Source: Giardia intestinalis
Taxonomy: Eukaryota
DNA: 64,000 bases
Assembly: GCA_000002435.2 (NCBI GenBank)
Contig: CM018793.1
Reading direction: 5' to 3' (one strand)
Within the stretch, counting starts at the first letter, position 1. Each line of letters begins with the position of its first letter. A program made the translations under genes and the position numbers. This document shows, in pieces, positions 39,799 to 49,085 of the stretch. The notes under the pieces are model-generated. The model saw nothing but the letters and a program-made list of their open reading frames with translations, did not search any database and had not been told where the DNA came from.

Positions 39799-42700
39799 TC
39801 AGATTCCTATTATTAGACTTACTTCTTCATTGTTAACGCTTCTAGCAATATCTCCGGGGGTCCTCCCATCGGTGAGGAGAAGAGTGCGTTCCAAAGGCGC
39901 AAGAACTTTAACAATGTCCGTGTTATTCATTAATATCGCATCAACCAATGCAGTCTCTCCGGTTGTTCGTTGCATTCCACCCTCTATGTCGGACAAATAC
40001 TTTACGATGTCTATACGATTGTTCTGAGCTGCGTACATGAGAGCGGTGTTTCCGGCATAATCCTTAATCCTCATCTCAGCTGCTGACAGCATCCTGACAA
40101 CGTCTAAGTGCCCCTTTTGTGCGGCTATCATCATGGCCGTAAGTCCTCCTGTATTCTGCATCTTACCTTCGATTCTATGTAGCAAAGCCACAAGGTCAAT
40201 GTTTCCAGCAGATGCCGCGTGCATTAGCGCTGTGTCTCCATGGGTGTTTCGAAGACGGCCTTCCTTTTCCACCAGCTCCCGTCCTATTTCGAGATTGTTA
40301 GTCTTTGCACAAAGCATTAATGCAGTGCTTTTAGTATTTGACACACGCCCGGCTTCTCTGAAGTAAAGCAACCGTGCTATGTGATTATTGCCATTTGCTA
40401 ACGCATGCATTAGGGCAGTTTCTCCGTTGATATTTTGGATTCCTGATTCTCTGGGAGCCAGCAGAAACGCTATTTCTTCGTCACCATTTAGAGAAGCATA
40501 CATCAGGGCTGTTTTCCCACTTGCATCCTGAATTCCTGCTTCAAGATCCAATAATATGTATGCGGTTGTCGCGCGATAATACTTTGCAGCTATCATTAGC
40601 GCTGTTGTACCACTATTTGTCTGCAGTTGTGCCTCCTGATGAAGAAGTAGTTTAACCACATCATTACTTCCTCTTTGGGAGGCAAACATCAAGGCTGTAG
40701 CTCCGTCGTTGGAGATAAAACCAGCCTCATATCGCATCAGCATCTCCACGGCATCGATGGAGTTGTTAGCAGCAGCATACATCAAAGCCGTCCGCCCACA
40801 GTCATCAACCGCTCTCAGCTGCCTTTCGTCACACACCAGGTGTCGCAAGGTGTTCATGTCATTGGTCGCTGCGGCACGCATCAAACCAGTTACATCAGGC
40901 GCCCATAAGTCAGGCAAGAGTAGATTTGGAAATAGAACAAAGTACTGTCGTTTTAAGACCAGTGCATCAGCAGGAGTTTCTTCCAGATATTTATCATGCA
41001 AAATGGCGGTGATATTGTAGGCACCGAGGGATACGTTCCTATTCGGTGGATTCGCATTGCTACGAGCTGCCATGGCAAGGGCGCCGGTCGATATTGGTGG
41101 CAAACTCTCTTCATGACCTGTCGTACTGGAGGCTTGGGTCAGCTGATTCTCTAATTCTGCACTCAGTGGCTCCTTCCTAAACACACGAGACTCCGGGTTA
41201 AGCACTACTGGACCCAGATTGCTCCTATGCAGCTTGGGAAGGAATCTCTCCCCATAATGGAAGGTAGCAGGCCGCGTAACAGTTGACGAAGTCAGTAATT
41301 GCTCACGGTATGGTTTCAGCCGCTCTTCCAGCACATCCTTTATGACATTCATATCAACTAAATCGGAACTGGTATACTTGTGGGTTTTTAAATCGTCTGA
41401 TAGGGGGAAGTACCCCGGTACTAGGCGTGTTACTCTATTTAAGATGTCTTCGATGGTTATGGTATTGATGTCATGATTATTTAGAAAGTCTATAACTAGC
41501 CTATCAACAATATCAGGTGCATATTTCAAGATGGGTAAATCAGGATTGATGCCGTAATTATTTTCAGATAACCACTGCTTCTTTTCACTAATCTCTTGCT
41601 CAGTATTGTCAAGTACATGCTCTTTTTGCTCAGGGACAAGTGTTACTTGTTTGCTATTCAACTTATTTTTATGTGAAGTCAGGGGTACAGTCTCCACAGT
41701 GAGAGTCACCGGTTCCCTTGACGTTGCTATGACACTGTTTCTCCCAAAGACAGCTCCGTCTGCCAGAGGAAGGGTTTTACGCGTCATGCTAACAGTATCC
41801 AGCGTTGGTATTTGCGAGGAAGACTCAATGGCACAAGTGCTTGATACACTAGAAGCACTAGAGGTTGCCCTATCACTGGTAGTGTCAGAGACTGCCGAAG
41901 AGGTGATATAACCACAGCTTCTTGCTATATCATGATTTCGTCCGTAATAGTCTAGAGTATCGGGGTCTAGAAGAGTGTCTTTGATTCTGAAATGCTGACG
42001 TAGATCGACAGCAGATATCCTCAAGTCTTCTTGGAACTCTAAGAGAGATGAGAGAAGCTTTATCATTACTGGGGAAAGATTATACATGGCAACGTTTCCG
42101 TAGAATTCTTGGCACCGCTTTTCTATTAAAGCGGGCTGTGTGTCTATGATAAAGGGCTTGTTCGAACCGTATTCAAAGAGGGTACAGCCCAAACTCCAGA
42201 TATCGACCTTATCTCCATAGGAGCGCATCATGAGGATCTCAGGGGCGAGGTACCTGTGAGCTGATGTGGGCATATCTGAAAGCTGTCGGATCCCCAGCAG
42301 ATGTAGCAGTGGTGGCGGGCCCAGCTGGGCAACGCCTGACTCTAGAACATAAATAGTATCAGGGCAAATGTAGCGATGGGCCATCCGCCGGTTGACTCGG
42401 GTATTCGTTCTGATGGGAGAGTGCAGATACGCCAAGGCATCGGCGAGGGAAGACAACGCCTTCCATTGGGTCTTTTCGTCGACATACCTGTTGTGTTTCT
42501 CGTTTTTAGATATAACATCACGCATGCTCTGCCCTAGTGGCTCATCTACCACAATGTGCACCTGCTTGGACTGCACCTCATGGAGCACCTCATGAATTTT
42601 CAGTAGGCACGGATGGCTCAGCTGAGACCAGAGGTCGATATCGTCAAAGCACGGCGATTCACCATCGGCCAGAAGCCTGCTGTAAGAGAGACTGTGGCAC

Positions 42701-42810
42701 ATGCAAATCCGATGATCAGCGCGTCTAATGGCGTGCCGGATTATTAAATAAGGATCTTGTGCAACTGGCTCTGAAAGTTCATAGGCTATCTCGAGGTGAG
42801 ATAAGGCCAT
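39799..42810 (-). CDS. NEK-like pseudokinase with C-terminal ankyrin-repeat array (1003 aa)
   Basis: N-terminal kinase fold (…VDIWSLGCTLFE, AHRYLAPEIL) with the catalytic loop HRYICPDTI (HRD Asp lost) and no GxGxxG. C-terminal run of 13+ 33-aa ankyrin units (GTTALMIAA..., GKTALMYAS..., GETALMHALANGN...). ATG at 42810 confirmed. Confidence 0.85.
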   Translation of the reverse strand: MALSHLEIAYELSEPVAQDPYLIIRHAIRRADHRICMCHSLSYSRLLADGESPCFDDIDLWSQLSHPCLLKIHEVLHEVQSKQVHIVVDEPLGQSMRDVISKNEKHNRYVDEKTQWKALSSLADALAYLHSPIRTNTRVNRRMAHRYICPDTIYVLESGVAQLGPPPLLHLLGIRQLSDMPTSAHRYLAPEILMMRSYGDKVDIWSLGCTLFEYGSNKPFIIDTQPALIEKRCQEFYGNVAMYNLSPVMIKLLSSLLEFQEDLRISAVDLRQHFRIKDTLLDPDTLDYYGRNHDIARSCGYITSSAVSDTTSDRATSSASSVSSTCAIESSSQIPTLDTVSMTRKTLPLADGAVFGRNSVIATSREPVTLTVETVPLTSHKNKLNSKQVTLVPEQKEHVLDNTEQEISEKKQWLSENNYGINPDLPILKYAPDIVDRLVIDFLNNHDINTITIEDILNRVTRLVPGYFPLSDDLKTHKYTSSDLVDMNVIKDVLEERLKPYREQLLTSSTVTRPATFHYGERFLPKLHRSNLGPVVLNPESRVFRKEPLSAELENQLTQASSTTGHEESLPPISTGALAMAARSNANPPNRNVSLGAYNITAILHDKYLEETPADALVLKRQYFVLFPNLLLPDLWAPDVTGLMRAAATNDMNTLRHLVCDERQLRAVDDCGRTALMYAAANNSIDAVEMLMRYEAGFISNDGATALMFASQRGSNDVVKLLLHQEAQLQTNSGTTALMIAAKYYRATTAYILLDLEAGIQDASGKTALMYASLNGDEEIAFLLAPRESGIQNINGETALMHALANGNNHIARLLYFREAGRVSNTKSTALMLCAKTNNLEIGRELVEKEGRLRNTHGDTALMHAASAGNIDLVALLHRIEGKMQNTGGLTAMMIAAQKGHLDVVRMLSAAEMRIKDYAGNTALMYAAQNNRIDIVKYLSDIEGGMQRTTGETALVDAILMNNTDIVKVLAPLERTLLLTDGRTPGDIARSVNNEEVSLIIGI

Positions 42811-42886
42811 AGAGGATAATTTTTGTCGCGACGTTACAAACTATAAGAATAAACTATAAAAAGCTCCAGGACTGACTTTCCAGACA

Positions 42887-43699
42887 ATGAACAGCGGGGC
42901 TGACTCTGTTGAAGCGAGAATACGGAAAATTGGGCAGTACGTCAATGTAGATAGGGTTGTGGACCTATGGAACAGTGTAGATAGGGACAAGGATCGGTTT
43001 CAGATACAAGGGGTTATCATTAAATCTTGGAGTGGGAGGCCCAAGACCCTTCACAACGGCTTGACATACTTTACTATTGGCTGCGAAGTTGATATTTCCG
43101 GCGTCATATTGTTAATTATGGCACCAATCCCCTACGGATATCCAAGTGAGCAGCCAAGGCCTTACATGACGACTAAGCTTTGGTACAATATCACCAGTCC
43201 CTTCTTTGATGTCAGACGCGAAAAGGACCGGCCCACGTACAGGATCACTTACAAGAGGTCGTTCTCTGCTCAAAGCTTTCTTAGTAACATGCGGATGCTG
43301 CTTAGTGACCTGAAGGATGCTCCCACCCTAGGATATACGTCGTCCTACTATGCTCTCAAAGACTCTATAGACAATGCCGAAAAAATCATCAAGAATCCAG
43401 TTCAACTGAAGCGCCTATCCAGAATAGATACAATCTTCAAGGCCTGCAATGACAGGAACCAAATAGCTAAGCAAGTCCACACGCCGTTCAATCCAGAAAC
43501 TATGTTGAGGTCTACTATAGACTCTAAGGGCTCCTCAATTCTTGAATGTTATGCAATAAAGAACGCACTTAGCACATTATTCAAAGCCGCTAACACGCGT
43601 GATGGACCCGTCTTTTCGGAGGACGATCTTGTTGAGTTGTTAGCGCTATATAAAGAATTGATAGGTCAATATCTACGGAACTACGAAGTATCCGCATGA
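42887..43699 (+). CDS. hypothetical protein (270 aa), possible UBC/RWD-like fold
   Basis: ATG at 42887 preceded by ctataaaaag. Segment LLIMAPIPYGYPSEQPRPYM is reminiscent of UEV/RWD. That assignment is weak. Confidence 0.6.
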   Translation: MNSGADSVEARIRKIGQYVNVDRVVDLWNSVDRDKDRFQIQGVIIKSWSGRPKTLHNGLTYFTIGCEVDISGVILLIMAPIPYGYPSEQPRPYMTTKLWYNITSPFFDVRREKDRPTYRITYKRSFSAQSFLSNMRMLLSDLKDAPTLGYTSSYYALKDSIDNAEKIIKNPVQLKRLSRIDTIFKACNDRNQIAKQVHTPFNPETMLRSTIDSKGSSILECYAIKNALSTLFKAANTRDGPVFSEDDLVELLALYKELIGQYLRNYEVSA

Positions 43700-43781
43700 C
43701 GTATTAACATATCCATTCCACAGTTGTCTCTGGACCTTTGAAGAGTGAATGGGATTTTTCTGGCTCACTTTTTCTTAAAAA

Positions 43782-46700
43782 ATGGATGGTACGGACGGTT
43801 GCATATCCGAGGCGAAAGTATGGAAGGTTGTGGACTCGTGGTTCTACTGCCGTGGGCTTGCTGCCATGCAAATAGATAGCTATAATCATTTTGTCAAGCA
43901 CACAATGAAGAATATCATGGCCTCCTTTCCTCCGATCCAGGTCACGCGAACCGAGAACTTCTGCTGCTATAATCACATCCTCTCCTTTTCCGACCCGCAA
44001 CTAGAGCCAAACGTCCACATCAAGCCAAATGATTGTCGCATCCAGTCGTCTAGCTACATGGCGGCCATCAAGGTCAAGATTTCCTATACCATCCAGCAGT
44101 ATTCGTTCAGTAATAATGAGGGGCTTGTCCAAGAAGTCACTTATGAACCAAAGCTTATCGATTTCTGCCTCTTCCCTGTCATGGTTAATTCGTGTCTGTG
44201 TTATCTGAACACTAACAAGGTGGCAGGAAGCGACATTAAGGCTCATAGGATTATTAATGACGAGTGTCCGTATGACGAGGGTGGATACTTCATTATTAGG
44301 GGGGCTGAAAAGGCTGTAATTGCCCAAGAAGGAAATAGGCCAAACAGGCTTCTTATTCTCCCAGGTGACCCTGGTTCAAAAATTCCATACACTGCACAGC
44401 TAGTCTCCACCAATTCTACAAAGAATTTGCACAGTAAGGTAGTCCTAAAGTATTGGAGCACTAACAAGTGGGGCAGAACGATTCAAGATATTAATCAGCC
44501 GCAGATAACATTCACTATGCAAGGAATACGGGACGATCTTCCGTTATTTTTACTTATTTTAGCCCTTTGGCAAGACAATGTTTATGCAGCACGAGACCTT
44601 CTTTCAATAGTCGTCCCTGACGAGTCCGACACAGAGCTTATCGAGCACCTTCTGCCCAGCTATAACTTATTCTGCTCTACGCCTCAGTCAAGCAAGGATA
44701 AATGTATTGAGTTTCTCGCCGGAAGACTTGTTGTGGGAGAGCAAATGGATAGTGCCAAAGCAAAGTATGACCGCCTCATGAGTCATCTGTCAACACGTCT
44801 TCTACCACACATCGGAGTTACCCCGGAGTTTCATCTCGATAAGGCGTTTTTCATTGGGTATATGACCAACCTTTTGCTTCAAACAGTGGTAGGGAGACGT
44901 TCCCCAGATGACAGAGATCACTGGGGAGGTAAGCGTCTACAACTGACTGGGTCCTTGCTGGCAGATAAATTCCGATTTGAATATGAATTGTTTCTTCGCA
45001 GATTGGCGCGAAAGTTACACGATACTGGCTCTATTTTGAAAGTTAAAGAGGATATCAGCATGGTCAGCCCGAACATTGAGGGCAGCTCGTTCATACCTCA
45101 GTCGAAGTATGACACTCATGGCAAGGTACCAGGACTCGAAGACCCTAGGCGTCTCCTTGACCGTATAAAGGTTGCTGCCACAAGCTATATCTCAAAGAAT
45201 ATAACATCTGCCCTGTCAACAGGCACCTGGAAGACGAACGAGGTAGTGGGTAACACGAAATCGGGTGTCTCCCAGAGCCTCGTCAGACTAAGCTATACCA
45301 GTGCCCTCAGCCAGATCAGACGGTCCAGTTCGAGTGTTGAAGAGACCTCTAAAGCAATAGGGCCCCGCTTGCTCCATACAACTCAATTTGGATACATGTG
45401 TCCAGCAGAAACCCCCGAGGGCGCCAAGGTTGGTCTCATCAAGAACTTTTCATTAATGGCGAATGTGACCCTAGACAATCCGAAAGATGAGCACGATCTA
45501 CGTAAGCTTTTAACGGAATATCGTGTGCAGGCCTCTCACGGCCCTATTTCTGTCTTAAAGTCCTTCCACACAGTCACAAATGCTAAGAAGTTAGTCAGTG
45601 ACGTAAAGATATTTCTTAATGGCTCCTGGTTGGGCTTTATAGATCGAGAGTACGTGCAGCGCCTCATAACAGATCTTAAAAGATGGCGATTCGAGGGAAA
45701 AATTAACCGTGAAGTCAGCATTTCATATCTAGCACACAAGCAGGAGATATCTATCAGCAGTGACGAAGGACGAGTGACAAGGCCTGTATTTGTTGTGATA
45801 ACAGACATCCATCCGACCCTAAAATTAGTAACAAACCTGAGCCTAGCCATCACAGAAGAAGATGTGGAGACTCTCGCCACGATCCCACAAATGGAGCAAT
45901 GGAACAGCCTGTTGTCGGGGCTAGGGACTGGAAAGTGCATGATCGAATTTCTGGACCCCAACGAAGAGGAGATGGCCCTTATCTGTATGGATATTTACCA
46001 CTTCAAAGAGGAGATTCAAAAGGCACATACCATAAGAGATATCATACTGGCCCACGGCGAAGACAACGCCATTAATTATATAAAGGCACATAACATTCCA
46101 TTAGCAAATAACTACACACATCTCGAAATACATCCATCAATGGTTCTTTCAGCAATAACGTCACTTATTCCATTCCCAGATCATAATCAATCTCCTCGTA
46201 ACTTGTACCAGGCATCCATGGGAAAGCAGGCGGTAGGGATCTACGCACTAAACTATCTCAAACGGTTCGATACGTCTGGAATAAATGTCATGCATTATCC
46301 CCAATTGCCACTGGTCACGACCCGATCCATGCCTCATGTGAAGTTCCGCTATCTCCCTGCCGGTCAGAATGTGATAATTGCTATTGCTGTGTACTCAGGT
46401 TTCAACCAGGAAGACTCTCTCATCATGTCTCAATCCGCGGTTGATAGAGGGTTTATGCGCGCAACGTATTATCACACATATGAAGAGATGATCAGCTCTG
46501 CAGCCTCCAGTATAAATGCTCCAGATCGGATTGAGAAGTTTTGCAGGCCTATAGGCCCAAATATTAAGGGAATAAAAGACCCTGGATGTGCGTCGTACTT
46601 GGAGGCAGATGGATTGCCGCGAGTGGGGAATGCCGTTAATAGCCAGCGCTTAATTATTGGAAAGATTCGACCAAATAAGCGATCGATGAATAGCCGGGCA

Positions 46701-47663
46701 GTCTCGACATACGACTTTCAAGATGTCTCTTTGAAGGTCAAAATGGAGGAAACAGGGCGTGTTGACTCAGTAATTATCGCCCCCGACCTTCGGGAGCAAA
46801 GCTTTCTTTCAGAAGGTGTGGACTCTAACACCACGGGCGCTGAGGGGTCACTACTGGCTAAGGTGCGTGTTCGCAGCAGCCGAGTGCCGCAACTGGGTGA
46901 TAAGTTCAGCAGCAGGCACGGCCAGAAGGGGACAGTTGGTATGCTCCTTAGACACGAAGATCTCCCCTTTACCCTGGATGGGATAACGCCAGACATAATC
47001 ATGAATCCACACGCGATCCCCTCGCGGATGACCATAGGGCAGCTCATGGAGTCCGTTGCGTCCAAGCTTGGTGCCCTGTCTGGCCACGAAGTGGACGGGA
47101 CTGCATTCAACGCGCCCCCAGGGTCAACAGACAAGCAAATCGCTGCGGACTTGCACGCACGTGGGTATCAGAAGCACAACTATGAGGCAATGATGAATGG
47201 TATGACGGGCGAGATGATGACCTACCGCATATTTATCGGACCAACCTTCTATCAGCGCCTTAAGCACATGGTTCTAGATAAAATAAGTAGTCGTAACACA
47301 GGCCCAATTGTCACATTGACAAGACAGCCTAATGAGGGACGCAGTAACTATGGCGGAATGCGCATTGGTGAAATGGAAAAGGATGCCTTCATTGCTCATG
47401 GAGCCACTGCGATTCTTCGTGACCGTCTACTTTTCAGCTCAGATGTGTCTGAATTCCTAGTTTGCCAAAACTGCGGTATAATCTGTTGGCATGCTGACTC
47501 ACGCAAGCTCACCACAAAGAAATCTCCTCACTGTATGATATGTAGCGAAAGCTCCACAACAGATAGCTTTGCAAGGATCACAATACCATATGCAGCCAAA
47601 CTTTTCTTTCAGGAGATAATAGGCATGGGAGTCTTTCCACGCATTGAGGTGGAGACCCACTGA
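43782..47663 (+). CDS. RPB2: DNA-directed RNA polymerase II second-largest subunit (Rpb2)
   Basis: QIDSYNHFV, GGYFIIRGAEKAVIAQE, GDKFSSRHGQKGTVG, NPHAIPSRMTIGQL (the 'NPHAIPSRMT' form is Pol II-type rather than Pol I/III) and C-terminal Zn ribbon CQNCGIIC...CMICSE. ATG at 43782 preceded by ttcttaaaaa. AGTAAAT lies 27 nt after the stop. Confidence 0.88.
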   Translation: MDGTDGCISEAKVWKVVDSWFYCRGLAAMQIDSYNHFVKHTMKNIMASFPPIQVTRTENFCCYNHILSFSDPQLEPNVHIKPNDCRIQSSSYMAAIKVKISYTIQQYSFSNNEGLVQEVTYEPKLIDFCLFPVMVNSCLCYLNTNKVAGSDIKAHRIINDECPYDEGGYFIIRGAEKAVIAQEGNRPNRLLILPGDPGSKIPYTAQLVSTNSTKNLHSKVVLKYWSTNKWGRTIQDINQPQITFTMQGIRDDLPLFLLILALWQDNVYAARDLLSIVVPDESDTELIEHLLPSYNLFCSTPQSSKDKCIEFLAGRLVVGEQMDSAKAKYDRLMSHLSTRLLPHIGVTPEFHLDKAFFIGYMTNLLLQTVVGRRSPDDRDHWGGKRLQLTGSLLADKFRFEYELFLRRLARKLHDTGSILKVKEDISMVSPNIEGSSFIPQSKYDTHGKVPGLEDPRRLLDRIKVAATSYISKNITSALSTGTWKTNEVVGNTKSGVSQSLVRLSYTSALSQIRRSSSSVEETSKAIGPRLLHTTQFGYMCPAETPEGAKVGLIKNFSLMANVTLDNPKDEHDLRKLLTEYRVQASHGPISVLKSFHTVTNAKKLVSDVKIFLNGSWLGFIDREYVQRLITDLKRWRFEGKINREVSISYLAHKQEISISSDEGRVTRPVFVVITDIHPTLKLVTNLSLAITEEDVETLATIPQMEQWNSLLSGLGTGKCMIEFLDPNEEEMALICMDIYHFKEEIQKAHTIRDIILAHGEDNAINYIKAHNIPLANNYTHLEIHPSMVLSAITSLIPFPDHNQSPRNLYQASMGKQAVGIYALNYLKRFDTSGINVMHYPQLPLVTTRSMPHVKFRYLPAGQNVIIAIAVYSGFNQEDSLIMSQSAVDRGFMRATYYHTYEEMISSAASSINAPDRIEKFCRPIGPNIKGIKDPGCASYLEADGLPRVGNAVNSQRLIIGKIRPNKRSMNSRAVSTYDFQDVSLKVKMEETGRVDSVIIAPDLREQSFLSEGVDSNTTGAEGSLLAKVRVRSSRVPQLGDKFSSRHGQKGTVGMLLRHEDLPFTLDGITPDIIMNPHAIPSRMTIGQLMESVASKLGALSGHEVDGTAFNAPPGSTDKQIAADLHARGYQKHNYEAMMNGMTGEMMTYRIFIGPTFYQRLKHMVLDKISSRNTGPIVTLTRQPNEGRSNYGGMRIGEMEKDAFIAHGATAILRDRLLFSSDVSEFLVCQNCGIICWHADSRKLTTKKSPHCMICSESSTTDSFARITIPYAAKLFFQEIIGMGVFPRIEVETH

Positions 47664-47689
47664 GTGCTACTTTCGCGCTCCAGTGCCTC

Positions 47690-47696
47690 AGTAAAT
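47690..47696 (+). terminator. AGTAAAT putative polyadenylation signal for RPB2
   Basis: 27 nt downstream of the TGA at 47661-47663. Confidence 0.5.
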
Positions 47697-47758
47697 CTAA
47701 GTGTGCTGACCTCACGCTGGAAATAAAAATTGCACTAGGATCAACATATTAAAGCAAC

Positions 47759-49063
47759 ATGAATCAGCTGCGGACCGTCACAAATCGCGTCAAGCATGCG
47801 CGCAAGTACGATGACAAGAGTGATAGGGCTACGACAAACTTGGTCCTTGATGATCGAGTAAGAAAGCTGATTTTCAGACTAATCGAAAAGGGTGCCTTGC
47901 TCTCTGTTGATTCTGTTATTAATACAGGCAAAGAAGCCAATGTGTTTCTTTGCAACTCAGAAGCGGGCAATGTGGCATTGAAGATCTATTCCACATCCAT
48001 ACTGAGTTTTAGAAACAGGATTGAGTACGTAGAAGGTGAACATAGATTTGAAACGGTCACACGATCTCAGAAGTCCAATTCCAGACGTATGGTGAAGCTC
48101 TGGGCCGAAAAGGAATTTAGAAATTTGATTCGAACCCAACAACTGGGTTCTATTTGTATTCCCAAGCCTCTCTTTATCACCACGACCATGATTGGGCTGG
48201 AATTTATAGGATATGATCGTGCACCAGCTCCTCGCTTGAAGGACGTTATTTCTGATCTTTCACAAGCTAGGATAATCAAGCTTTACTGGTCCATCATGAG
48301 AGTTCTCCGTACTCTCTATATTGGCGCAGGCCTTGTACATGGAGATCTCTCTGAATATAATCTTTTATACCTCAACAAGAAGCTTTATCTCATCGACATG
48401 GGCCAATCTGTTCATGTGACACACCCTAACGCCCTTCAGTTTCTACGGATAGATATCATTAATATTAATTTTTTCTTTGCACGACAAGGCATCCCGGTGC
48501 TTTCAGCTCGTGAGGTTTTAGCGTTTATATGTAGTCCAAACATCCCAAAGACAGATGACATGTACTGTCGGCCAGCAAATGTTGTAGAGTATGATAGTAT
48601 GAGTCCACGCAATGCGCCTTCCCTAGATCCTAAACTCACGGCATACATACGCTATCTAAGAGCGGAGTGTGCGAGGTTGTACACTCCAGAAGAAGTCAAT
48701 GGAGAGAGGGATATCGTCAACTATCCTGTTTTTGAAAGCCTTAGCGCAATCACAGCTACCGATTACTTAGATAATAACTATGCAGACTACAGTCAGCTTC
48801 AAGCGCTTAATATTGAGCTCTATGAAAGTGATGATAGTGACAGCGAGCAATCTGAATCAGATCAAAATTCTTCTGAGGCCAATGAGGAGATAGAGGAGCG
48901 AGAACGCAACCTTAAGATGCTTAGTCGATCGGACTATAGCAAAGAGGAATGGCGCGAAATACAGAAGGAGGTTAAGAGGGATGCACAGGAGCGCCGCACA
49001 AAGAAGATCCCCAAGAGCGTTAAGAAACGAGCCGAGCTTCTTGCACGCAGAAGACGTGCATAA
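47759..49063 (+). CDS. RIO1: RIO1-type atypical serine kinase
   Basis: DKSDRATTNLVLDDRVRKLIF, STGKEANVF, ALKIYSTSILSFRNRIEYVEGEHRF, MVKLWAEKEFRNLIR, LVHGDLSEYNLLY, IDMGQSVHVTHPNALQFLRIDIININFF all track the RIO1 family along its length. Acidic/basic C-terminal tail. Confidence 0.9.
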   Translation: MNQLRTVTNRVKHARKYDDKSDRATTNLVLDDRVRKLIFRLIEKGALLSVDSVINTGKEANVFLCNSEAGNVALKIYSTSILSFRNRIEYVEGEHRFETVTRSQKSNSRRMVKLWAEKEFRNLIRTQQLGSICIPKPLFITTTMIGLEFIGYDRAPAPRLKDVISDLSQARIIKLYWSIMRVLRTLYIGAGLVHGDLSEYNLLYLNKKLYLIDMGQSVHVTHPNALQFLRIDIININFFFARQGIPVLSAREVLAFICSPNIPKTDDMYCRPANVVEYDSMSPRNAPSLDPKLTAYIRYLRAECARLYTPEEVNGERDIVNYPVFESLSAITATDYLDNNYADYSQLQALNIELYESDDSDSEQSESDQNSSEANEEIEERERNLKMLSRSDYSKEEWREIQKEVKRDAQERRTKKIPKSVKKRAELLARRRRA

Positions 49064-49085
49064 TAGAAATTTACAAGCATTCCCA

